Shown one piece after another: positions 25,040-34,514 of a DNA stretch of 34,514 nt. Origin of the DNA: Nemertoderma westbladi (Eukaryota > Animalia > Xenacoelomorpha). Position 1 is the first letter of the stretch; the number at the start of each line of letters is the position of its first letter. The notes under the pieces are model-generated. The model worked only from the letters and a program-made list of their open reading frames with translations, ran no database searches and had not been told where the DNA came from. The DNA lies in assembly GCA_032718475.1 (NCBI GenBank), contig JAUCBJ010005805.1:1-34514 (forward strand), written 5' to 3'. A program made the translations under genes and the position numbers.

Positions 25040-28000
25040 GTAAAAGCTTTTGCGTCATTAACCGGTTATTTTCCCTTAAAGTACTCTGTAGTTGGTTTGC
25101 CAGGCATAAAAAGGCCGTGTCCTTGCTGTACTGGTGTTTTAGAGGACATAAAAGTCATTTCTTCTGTGTTTGTACTGTATTTGTACTTTAGAGGACATAA
25201 TCCGCAATCTCGTGACGCGATAAGCTAGATACTCTTGAAAACAGTGTCGCTACCATGACGACGGCTAACAGCTGATATTGCCACGTCGACATTTCTTTGT
25301 TTCTTTGTTCTCTCGTTGTTCGGTTGACCAATCAGAGCGTTTTTTGCCTCTGTGTTGGAGGTGTATACAGAACTCAGTAGTTCAGTGTGTTATGTTTTTG
25401 CCTAGAGCCTAAGAACATCGGCTTTTGGCACCTCCGTATATCAGCATTCTTTAGCTTTACATTAGTAGGCTTAATTATAGAACGTATATCTGTTATCAAA
25501 CTAACGAGTTATATATCTTAACTAATCGAACCATATCATACATATTTTACTTAACATTACTGCTTTTACTGTCGGTTATTCATTATATTGGTTGATGAAA
25601 TATTATATCGGAATACTGATCAATAGTCAGACACCCCACCTTCTTGATATACTAAAGGTTAGAGAGACCGGTTACAGATAAACGATTGCGACCTATGTTA
25701 AGTGGTTTGAAGTGAATCTAATGCTATTTCATATGCCCAACATAAATTGTCTGTTGCTCTCTTTATACGTGACTAAATTTAGTGAAGGTCGGCAGATTAG
25801 TGTGCAGTATTGTGCAGCATTGTGTATGATTGTAACTGATAACAAAGCATCTCCTAAAGAATGCGCCATATACGTTAATATATAGCCTTTTCGTTGTGTC
25901 TAGTTTAAGTCATAACTCTGTTTACATATTTAGAGCGCCACGTCCTAAAGGAACTGTTAATATTTCCCGAAAGTGAATAATATTTGTCAGAGATTATATA
26001 TTACGATCAGTCGAATAATACAGTAGGCTTGCACCATCAATCATTAAGCTCCAAACTCAGTCTCCCGGGTATATCCAACGGGTGAATGATTGCGCATAGA
26101 CTGGCTTCGGCTAATGTAGTGTATCAAATACTCGTCATAAAGCTAAAGAATATATATCATCTAAAAGACATTCTAATTTTGGCAGGTTAAACTGTCAAAG
26201 GTCTTCAAAAGCGCAAACAATAACAGATATACGCTTCTGGATTGCGGTGTAAGCAATCTAGTCGAAAGTACCGGTCGACCGGAAACCTGTAGGCCTGACT
26301 GCCTGATCATCCGAACCGGTACTTACAGTACTAGTACAGGTACAGCAGTATTATTCGATTTGATTATTATATGCCGGTAGGTCTTAATAATTAATCGGGG
26401 ACGCCTGGTTTTTATTGGGATTTTACTTAGGCCTATTTCTGTCAGTTTTATTTATTTGTAGGCCAGTATTGAGCAGAAGGCGTGTAAGCCTGCTCAGATT
26501 GTACAGATAATTTGTAGGCTTGACTGTTGGCGAACTGTTGATTAGGTCTGAACGGATTGCAGTGCATGTAGAGTGTATGTCCGATAAAGAACGGTTAGGA
26601 AGTAGGGGCAGCCATAGCTGTAAGGTAAACCCCCATCTAAAGAATAAGTCGTACTACTGGGTTAGAACGCATACTACTTAACCATTTCGGAGTCTGCATG
26701 TCCTGTGGTTTATTTAGGCTTGATAGTAGTCTGCCATCGTTTAGTCTGTACTTTGTTTGTGTAGTCTGTACGGGTAGCGTATAATTTTATTTAGATAATT
26801 TGTAGGCTGGATAGTTGTCTGGCTGTTGTTGGGTTTGAGGAAATTTCGGTGTGTGTAAAGCATCTGTCCGATAAAGAACGGTTAGGAAGTAGGGGCAGCC
26901 ATAGCTGTAAGGTAAACCCCCATCTAAAGAATAAGTCGTACTACTGGGTTAGAACGCATACTACTTAACCATTTCGGAGTCTGCATATACTGTAGTTTGT
27001 TTAGGCTTGATAGTAGTCTGTCAGTATTTGGTCTGCATTTTGTTTGAATGGTCTGTACGCATAGCGTAATATTTATTATTCAGAGTTTATGCTATTATTC
27101 GCAACATTCATTCCCCAAGTTTGTTCCTACAGTAATTGTGTTTGTTATACATACCGTTATAGTTAAACTAACCCCGGTACTACATCAGGGCTGCTCGGCG
27201 TAGGTAAAGACTGGAGATTTTGTGCTTTGGTCACTCCGGCAGATACCGTGGTTCTTTTAGCTGTTCAAGTATTTTTAACTACTAATTATTTGTTGTACAA
27301 GTACTTGTACCTAATTTAGGGTTTAGTGTACAGTACTTTCCGAAGGTGATTAGTGTGTAGGCAGTGTATTTGTGTTGTAAAGTGGTTAATAGGCACGTTG
27401 GTTCTGGTAGACCGCGGTAATTAACTTCTAGGTAGGGACACTCCGTGATACATAACGTAGTACCTATAGCGATACGGTTATAGGTCGTCAGGCGGTGGTA
27501 TTTTCCTATCTGGACAACGCAGTATATTTACTACTACTTATTATTTTCAAATACCGTAGTAACCTGTCCGTTGTAATAACCAGATATTCTAACCCTTTGT
27601 TAGGCTGGTTAGTAGACTTCTTGTAAAATTACCCTAAAAATTCGTATTTGTGTATTGGTAATTAAATTTTTGTGTTTATTTAGAGATTGTAATCTCAACC
27701 CGAATTGTACGTAATTTGTAGTATTAAGTAACTTAGGTAAATTATAATTATTTGTTTTAGTGTCTAACAAGTAGCACTCCACTGAGAGCGCACAGCTTAT
27801 GTGTAGTGACTCCCCCAGAAATAATAACATTTATTTCAAACATTGACAAAACCCATTTCAACGGGTATATATATATTATAAATCAACTCAAACGATTTAT
27901 AAATAGTAGGCCTGCCATACAACAATTAGGTCTCAATATCAGTTGGACTACTGCTTAAATAACGGTAATACAGTAAGTTAAAGTAACCAAGTAACCCTTA

Positions 28001-28419
28001 AAATTCAGAAATTCAACTATTCTAAAAATAATTGACATATCGGTATTTACAATAGGCTTATTATATTTATTTCTATAAATTTTAGGTTGAAATCATACCG
28101 GTACTCTGTAATTAATTCTAGTCTGTAATTATACTTATATATATACACTATAAGTGTAAACTGCATACCGGTATTCACGATAGGCCTATTATATATTTAT
28201 ATATATTTGTGCTAAAATTATATACCGGTTTCTGCGAAAAACCTAGTCTGTAATAATACTTATATATACCATAAGCATACCGGTATTCTAATATTATATA
28301 TATCACGCTACACTGAGTAGCAGTATCGGTAATTAATTACTAGGCTAGCAGTTAACACTGAATTACTAGACTTGCTTAGACTGTAATATAGCAGTAGACA
28401 TTCAACTGTGTAAACAAAC
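25040..28419 (+). mobile_element. Presumed 5' LTR and long leader of the BEL/Pao element (boundaries uncertain)
   Basis: Non-coding region between the broken Gypsy RT and the gag-pol ATG, with a CCAAT box near 25328. The LTR ends and PBS could not be fixed because the 3' LTR is outside the window. Confidence 0.45.
26495..27075 (+). ncRNA. Tandem pair of ~287-nt structured RNA elements (long G-U-rich stems with an identical 122-nt apical domain)
   Basis: 26578-26699 and 26865-26986 are identical. The flanks differ between copies, but in each copy the 5' and 3' flanks pair by hand over ~70-80 positions with many G-U pairs. Confidence 0.75.
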
Positions 28420-31400
28420 ATGTCTGATACTAAGCAGAACCTGTCAGACAGTTTATTAGATGTAACTATCTGCGACTCAGATAGAGGTGTAGAACCGTCT
28501 AGACCTAAGTTCAGTTCACCTCCCACTGTGAGGAAGGTCATCCCTCCAGTAGTAATAACAGAACCTAGGCTGGTCCAACATCGTAGGTCTATCATAGGCA
28601 CTCGAGCTCAGGTCAAGCGGGACCAAGAAGCAGCGGAACAGCAACAACCCGCGAGCCAAGAACTTATTTCTCAGCGGCCCAACAGCTCCAGTAGTGAGGA
28701 TACTGTAGAGCTGACACCCGAGCGCGGAGCAAGGATGACAGATGCGGTTTATTCGGATCCCCTTCTCATCCTTCCTGCAGCCGTACTCACTAGGTTATTG
28801 ATCGCTGTGGAAGAACACCAGATCGATTGGGTGAGAAATAAGCGATCGACTAAAGATAGTTATGAGGGATACACAAGGGAAGAACTGAAGTCTATGGTCG
28901 AGTCGCAATGGAACTTCCCCGGACCCGGACTCCCATTTGATTTATCAGAAGCTGCCTGGGAAGACATACACCGGATGGGAGTAGCCAAGGAAACCATCGA
29001 TCCAGCTGTATGGAAGAGGTCCGCAGCCGGATACGCACAGGGATTCTTCAGCTCTATGGAGCGAGTAGAAAAACAACTGTTTCAACAACCTCAAGGACCT
29101 CAAGAGCAGGGACAACTGCTTTATCAAGTTAGAGAAAGAATTCTGCGAATTAGGCTAATCTTATCGGCCTTTGAGGAGGCTTCTAAAAGAAGACAAGACA
29201 CGTCGTTGCAAGTTGCCGTAAAGACTTGGTTTCAACGGGTGAGTCGCCAGGTTCAAGGAACAGCTCAGTGGAAAGCTCAGCTGGAGGAGCGCTCAACCCA
29301 TGGAGAATCAACAGACGCTACTTTTTCCCAAGTGGAAAGTGAAGCGACGGCAGAGAAACCGCATAAGAGGGATGCCATTGACATCTATCTGTCAGACTAT
29401 CAACGTTTTTTAGGTGATGAAGAGTTGAGGAGAAGGTTAGAGGGGCTTAGCCCTAATAGTGAAGGAGCCCAGCGTGTGTTGGACGCAATCGATGTGGATA
29501 GGTTAGCTGCGAACCAAGCTAAATTCAATGAAAGCATCCGCATCGTTAAGGTTCAAGAAGAACAAGTAAAGAAAAAACGTATAGAAGATAGAAAGAAAGC
29601 GGCAGAGGCAGCGGCAGAGGCAAAAGCGGCAGCGGCAGAGGCAAAAGCGGCAGCTGCAGCAGTAGAAGCCGAAAGAAAGGCGGCCGAAGCGGAAAGAAAA
29701 ATAGCAGTGGCAGAAGCAGAACGGAGGGCATCTGAAGAGACAACCCAACTAGAGTTGGAAAATCTTCAAGAGAGACAAGACAACTTTAATAAACAGTTAA
29801 CAGCTAGTAATATGCAGATGATGAATCGATCTACTCCCAAAAGACAAGGTTATACATCATCTGAGGAAGGCGATACCACCGATACTGAAGGCAAAGGAAA
29901 TAGATCTCATCTAAGCAGACGTAAAAGAACATTCCACCGTCAGAAATTGCCTGATTTGCCTCCAGCTGTTAAAAGGCAACTAAATAGCACCAACTTAGGT
30001 AGTACAGAACCCACCGACCAAATAATTACAATAGAGAGACTCCCTACTATAGTAGATGAGCCTGAAATAGTTAGGCCTGTTCCCGAAGCCACCCTTTCGG
30101 TCGTAGAGACACCTGTACTCCCTGAACCTACCTCTCAATTCCCGTTGCACAGCACTAAGCTACCTGTGCCCAGCAGAACAGCCCATGAGACAGTTCATGC
30201 CCTGGACTCCGAGCGAAATATTCATGATTTGTCGCCCGTTGTCCCTCGTCCGCCCGCTACAACGTTGGCGGATCCCGTTTCGGCGGTTGATTGGGTGGAC
30301 GAGAGACGGCGGGGAATGGACATTCTCCTCGAAAAGATGGAGGAGAATCGAGTACGCTCCTCCCAACAGGTCCGAGAGTTAGAAGGGACTGTTCAACAGT
30401 TAAAGGGAACCGTAAAGGAAAGTAGGTTAGAGTTGCAAGAAGTACAGCAAAATATCGCGCTAGAACGTGATAAATTAGTAAATTTACAAAAGGGTATACC
30501 ACCACCCCTTGTAACAATGTGTCAACCTGTTAGGTCTGAAGTATCTCATGCGCAAGGTGTGGAGCCTACACGCATCTATACTGCTAGCGAAGTAGAAACT
30601 CCTATAGTGAACCCTATTAAGGGTAATTATAGACCTGTTGATAATGATATTCCCTTTAGACCGGATCATAATCCGAGAAATTTATATACCGATAACTCGA
30701 TATTAAATAACACGATGGCCCAAGAAAGTTTTACGCGTCAAATGGCTAGAACCGAAGCCCGGCAAGCAGTAAAGGTGGGAGAGATCGTCAAGTTCAATGG
30801 AGATGAGATGAAATGGTTACCTTTTAATGAATATTACAAAGATAACATACAGAACTCTGTACTATCTAATGGAGAGAAACTTAGGTTCCTCATCGAGTGC
30901 TTGGAAGGATCTCCCAAGTTAATGGCGTTAAAGTTTATTGGACATCCAGACGGATTAAGACAAGTTTGGGATACACTAAACATCAGGTATGGTAATAGGA
31001 ATAACATAGCTGGGTATTTGTATGCAAAGTTAGTGGCGCCCCGAAAGTTTATGAGCAGCGGGATTATAGAGTTTTCCGATGAGATTCAGGAGATCTGCAG
31101 ACAATTAGATTGGCTAGGTAAGTCTCATGAGTATCAGAGTGCTATGGTTATTAGAGCAGTGGCTTCTACTTTACCGAAGGGTGGAGTAGGTACACGCTGG
31201 GATAAGAAAGTGTTATATATGATGGAACAACAACGACGAGACCCTACCATGGCTGATCTCATGTCATTCCTAGATGGAGAAGTGAAATTACAGCTCCTGA
31301 AACTGTCCAGAGAGAAGACACCGGAAAACAAGGTAAGTGAAAAACCCGTCTCTAGGAGAAAGGTAACACCAGTGTGTTATACAGATGATGGCGAAAGCCA

Positions 31401-34400
31401 GACTTCTCAAGGAGAAGATAGCGGGAAAGACACTGACAGATCTTATTATGTAAATAAAATGCCTAAAGATCAGGTAAGTAAATTCAAGTCTCGAACCAAT
31501 GACAGGAGAGAGCAGGTAAGAAAAACTCCTCCTACGTCTCCCAAGAGAATTCAGGTGAGAAAGCCCGAAGAAAAAACAAGTGTACACAATGTTACTCAGA
31601 GTAAGGTGAGTAACATCAAACCGAAATGTGCGCTATGTGATGGGACCCATCGCTTAAATATGTGTGATGAATTTCTAAAGAAATCATTAACTGAGAGACG
31701 TGAAGTCATGTGGGATAAGCGGTTGTGTTATAATTGCCTCAGACATGGACACCAACGGCGAACCTGTTACTCTGACACAAGATGTGCCAAGTGCGGTGCG
31801 AAACATCATATCTTGTTGCACACTGAATTCGAGCGAAATAGTCCGAGTCAGGTAAGTGATTCCGAAGTACATGTCCAATTCAGTGATGTGAACGACACTG
31901 ATCAATCTGAGATGGAAGGATTCTATACAGACGAGTTCTCCGACGAAAACGAATCCTGTTACATGATAAATACCACAGTGTATCGAGCACTCACTTATGA
32001 AAAGGATACGGACAGCGACCTTACCCTAACTACTTCTGATCAACAACCATTTTGGAAAGCGCCAACTTCCAATGTAGGGATTAGAGAATTTCCTGTGGTA
32101 CAGGTAAGGGTCCACGGACCAAAAAGGAGTTATGTAGTGAACGCCCTCCTTGACTCCGGTAGTACAGGAACATTCATCGACAAAGAGCTAGCCGAAGACA
32201 TATTCGATGGACAACCCAAGTTCCGAACTAAGCTAAACATGTCAGGAATTATGCAAGTTTGGAAATCCACAGTAACCGCGGATTATTATGTAGGTGCGTT
32301 GTCCACCCCCCAGGACGAACTAGGAGAACATAGCATAAGGTCAGTGAAAATGGTGGCTATAAAGAACTTCGCTACTACTCAAGCAGACCTTTATAATTGG
32401 GACGAGGATGAGAGCATCCAACATCTTAAGATACCTCGATTCCAGACAGATTATCCTGGAGTGCAAATACTCATCGGTCAAAATGCGCATGAAGCGCTCG
32501 AGACATTGGAGAAACGACCTGCTCAACCGCAACCTCTACAAGTTTATGCGGGAAGAACTAGAGTAGGTTGGTACTTTACTGGCCCTTCCCGTAGAACTCT
32601 AATGGAAAGATTACCTAAAGAGCAGGTATACCAAGCGCGAGAATGGGAAGTTGAGAACAGTGAGTTCGACGATCCAACTGAGGGAACTCCTTACTCTTCA
32701 GACAACGACGATATACATCAACTCTTTGATGAGGAGAATGCCATCGATCTCCTTAAGGAAAGCGAGACTTGGCAAAATCAAGTGAACTTATGTCAACTCC
32801 TTCTCCCATCTGAGCGAGACGACTATAACGACAAGCTTAATGACGTCATTGAACGTTATAATGCCAAGACTCGGGATGAACACGCCGTGAGATTCTTTAC
32901 TCAAGAGGTCGTAGAGCCCAACTCCTACGATAAGGCCCTATCGGTGGAGGAAGAAAGAGCCAAGCAGATCCAAGCGACCACTACTCGTTTTCTTAAAGAT
33001 CAAGGTAGGTATGAGATCGGTCTTCCTTTCCGAAAGCGAGAACCAAAGTTCATTAACAACAGACCTTTGGCAGAGAAAAGAATTGCTCAACTACATCGAC
33101 GCCTTACGGCAAATTCTTCAGCTAAAGAAATGTATAAAACACAGTTGAAGAAGTTTATTAGCAAGGGATATGCGGAGCTAGTACCGGAAGAAACCCCTAT
33201 AACTGAGAGGACATATTACTTAACTCACCATTACGTTCCCAAACCCGGTAAACCCCATGAAGTACGAGTGGTGTTTGACGGTTCCGCCCTTTATATGGGC
33301 CAATCTCTTAATTCTGAATTGTTACCCGGACCCAACTTACTCCAATCTTTGTTGGGAATATTATTAAGATTAAGACAATACTCCATTGCTTTCGCCTCAG
33401 ATATAGAAGGCATGTTCTTACAAGTCAAAGCGCTGGATAGGGATCGAGATAGCCTACGATTTTTGTGGTGGCCTGAAGGAGACCTCAATAAGAAACCGGT
33501 GGAGTACTGGATGACCATCCAAGCTTTTGGGATAATCTCGAGCCCTTCAAACGCCTGTTCCGTGGTACGCACCACTGCGGATGACAACCGAGACGCCTTC
33601 TCTAAAGAAGTGATCGACAATATCAAACGAGACATCTACATGGACGATAATCTGAAGTCCCTTCCATCAGTCGAAGAAGCCATTGAGGTCGCTAAAGGAA
33701 CGGTAGAATGCTTAAAGAAAGGTGGATTTCGATTAACTAAATTCACCAGCAACTCCCGTGAGTTTCTGGAGTCGATCCCGGTAGAAGATCGAGGAACAAA
33801 AGACCTAGATCTAATAAAGGATGATCTCCCAGAAACTAAGACCCTTGGTTTGAAATGGGACACAGAAAGAGATATCCTGTTTTTCCAACTAAAACAGCGA
33901 GATAATCCAGTTCGGACTAAACGGATTTGTTTAAGTATCCTGAGCACTTATTTCGATCCATTGGGATTTATTAGCCCAGTTATATTGATTGCTCGGAGTT
34001 TAGTACAACAAATGTGGCTTGAAAACCACTCATGGGACGATCCACTTAAGGGAGAATTATTAAAGAAGTGGATGAAATGGGAAGATTCTCTACCAGCCAT
34101 CGAAAACTTCATAATTTCCCGTTCATATTTTGGTCATGTTCTCCCTACGTATTCATATCAACTCCATGTGTTTGGAGACGCCAGCGATATGGGAATCGGT
34201 ATAGTAGCCTACCTAAGGGTGGAAACTCCGGACGGAATTAAAGTAGCCTTGGTTACCTCTAAGGCATTGATAAACAACAAGTTGAAAGTTCCTCGAGCGG
34301 AGTTAAAAGCGGCTCTATACGCTACAGCCATCGGCCGGAATGTAACAGAACAGATCGACTATCCCCTGGAGAAAACTGTCTATTGGACCGACGCTTTACT

Positions 34401-34514
34401 CGTGTTGGAGTATATAACCAATGAAGTCTGTCAGTTCAGCGTCTTCGTTACCAACCGAGTAGCTATTATACTCAGTCGCACGACGATGGATCAATGGAGA
34501 CATTGCCCCGGAAT
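28420..34514 (+). CDS. BEL/Pao LTR retrotransposon gag-pol polyprotein (3'-incomplete, >2030 codons open; absent from ORF track)
   Basis: ATG at 28420 after an in-frame TAA at 28411. Gag KFNGDEMKWLPF...EKLRFLIECLEG...WDTLNIRYG (~30790-30993), three Cys-His boxes (31627-31821), protease ALLDSGS (~32143), RT RVVFDGSA and YMDD (33637), RNase H LHVFGDAS, PRAELKAA and YWTD. Confidence 0.95.
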   Translation, partial: MSDTKQNLSDSLLDVTICDSDRGVEPSRPKFSSPPTVRKVIPPVVITEPRLVQHRRSIIGTRAQVKRDQEAAEQQQPASQELISQRPNSSSSEDTVELTPERGARMTDAVYSDPLLILPAAVLTRLLIAVEEHQIDWVRNKRSTKDSYEGYTREELKSMVESQWNFPGPGLPFDLSEAAWEDIHRMGVAKETIDPAVWKRSAAGYAQGFFSSMERVEKQLFQQPQGPQEQGQLLYQVRERILRIRLILSAFEEASKRRQDTSLQVAVKTWFQRVSRQVQGTAQWKAQLEERSTHGESTDATFSQVESEATAEKPHKRDAIDIYLSDYQRFLGDEELRRRLEGLSPNSEGAQRVLDAIDVDRLAANQAKFNESIRIVKVQEEQVKKKRIEDRKKAAEAAAEAKAAAAEAKAAAAAVEAERKAAEAERKIAVAEAERRASEETTQLELENLQERQDNFNKQLTASNMQMMNRSTPKRQGYTSSEEGDTTDTEGKGNRSHLSRRKRTFHRQKLPDLPPAVKRQLNSTNLGSTEPTDQIITIERLPTIVDEPEIVRPVPEATLSVVETPVLPEPTSQFPLHSTKLPVPSRTAHETVHALDSERNIHDLSPVVPRPPATTLADPVSAVDWVDERRRGMDILLEKMEENRVRSSQQVRELEGTVQQLKGTVKESRLELQEVQQNIALERDKLVNLQKGIPPPLVTMCQPVRSEVSHAQGVEPTRIYTASEVETPIVNPIKGNYRPVDNDIPFRPDHNPRNLYTDNSILNNTMAQESFTRQMARTEARQAVKVGEIVKFNGDEMKWLPFNEYYKDNIQNSVLSNGEKLRFLIECLEGSPKLMALKFIGHPDGLRQVWDTLNIRYGNRNNIAGYLYAKLVAPRKFMSSGIIEFSDEIQEICRQLDWLGKSHEYQSAMVIRAVASTLPKGGVGTRWDKKVLYMMEQQRRDPTMADLMSFLDGEVKLQLLKLSREKTPENKVSEKPVSRRKVTPVCYTDDGESQTSQGEDSGKDTDRSYYVNKMPKDQVSKFKSRTNDRREQVRKTPPTSPKRIQVRKPEEKTSVHNVTQSKVSNIKPKCALCDGTHRLNMCDEFLKKSLTERREVMWDKRLCYNCLRHGHQRRTCYSDTRCAKCGAKHHILLHTEFERNSPSQVSDSEVHVQFSDVNDTDQSEMEGFYTDEFSDENESCYMINTTVYRALTYEKDTDSDLTLTTSDQQPFWKAPTSNVGIREFPVVQVRVHGPKRSYVVNALLDSGSTGTFIDKELAEDIFDGQPKFRTKLNMSGIMQVWKSTVTADYYVGALSTPQDELGEHSIRSVKMVAIKNFATTQADLYNWDEDESIQHLKIPRFQTDYPGVQILIGQNAHEALETLEKRPAQPQPLQVYAGRTRVGWYFTGPSRRTLMERLPKEQVYQAREWEVENSEFDDPTEGTPYSSDNDDIHQLFDEENAIDLLKESETWQNQVNLCQLLLPSERDDYNDKLNDVIERYNAKTRDEHAVRFFTQEVVEPNSYDKALSVEEERAKQIQATTTRFLKDQGRYEIGLPFRKREPKFINNRPLAEKRIAQLHRRLTANSSAKEMYKTQLKKFISKGYAELVPEETPITERTYYLTHHYVPKPGKPHEVRVVFDGSALYMGQSLNSELLPGPNLLQSLLGILLRLRQYSIAFASDIEGMFLQVKALDRDRDSLRFLWWPEGDLNKKPVEYWMTIQAFGIISSPSNACSVVRTTADDNRDAFSKEVIDNIKRDIYMDDNLKSLPSVEEAIEVAKGTVECLKKGGFRLTKFTSNSREFLESIPVEDRGTKDLDLIKDDLPETKTLGLKWDTERDILFFQLKQRDNPVRTKRICLSILSTYFDPLGFISPVILIARSLVQQMWLENHSWDDPLKGELLKKWMKWEDSLPAIENFIISRSYFGHVLPTYSYQLHVFGDASDMGIGIVAYLRVETPDGIKVALVTSKALINNKLKVPRAELKAALYATAIGRNVTEQIDYPLEKTVYWTDALLVLEYITNEVCQFSVFVTNRVAIILSRTTMDQWRHCPG

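Noticed and set aside
28308-33947. Many short minus-strand and off-frame ORFs
   Set aside because: Shadows of the long plus-strand gag-pol frame.

Overview
AT-rich animal (invertebrate-like) genomic DNA. The left half holds a 4-exon plus-strand gene (717-801, 3449-3661, 5024-5214, 15303-15599; 261 aa when spliced) for an atypical Smad2/3-type protein. It has an intact MH2 domain but no MH1 domain in the model, a Smad4-like L3 loop and no C-terminal SSXS motif. Its ~10-kb third intron contains two intronless antisense genes: a predicted GPI-anchored 10-Cys three-finger-like protein and mitochondrial ribosomal protein L49. The introns also carry L2, CR1 and RTE LINE debris, a tRNA-derived SINE and MITE-like elements. 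Downstream are a ~1.35-kb foldback element with a 6x70-bp core, a 5'-truncated RTE LINE, 53-bp and 63-bp minisatellites and a decayed Gypsy element with PPT and 3' LTR. The right end is an apparently intact BEL/Pao LTR retrotransposon whose gag-pol ORF (28420 to beyond the window end, >2000 codons) is missing from the ORF track. Its leader carries two tandem ~280-nt G-U-rich hairpins with diverged, covarying stems and an identical 122-nt apical domain. All calls were made by eye, without database searches or folding software.
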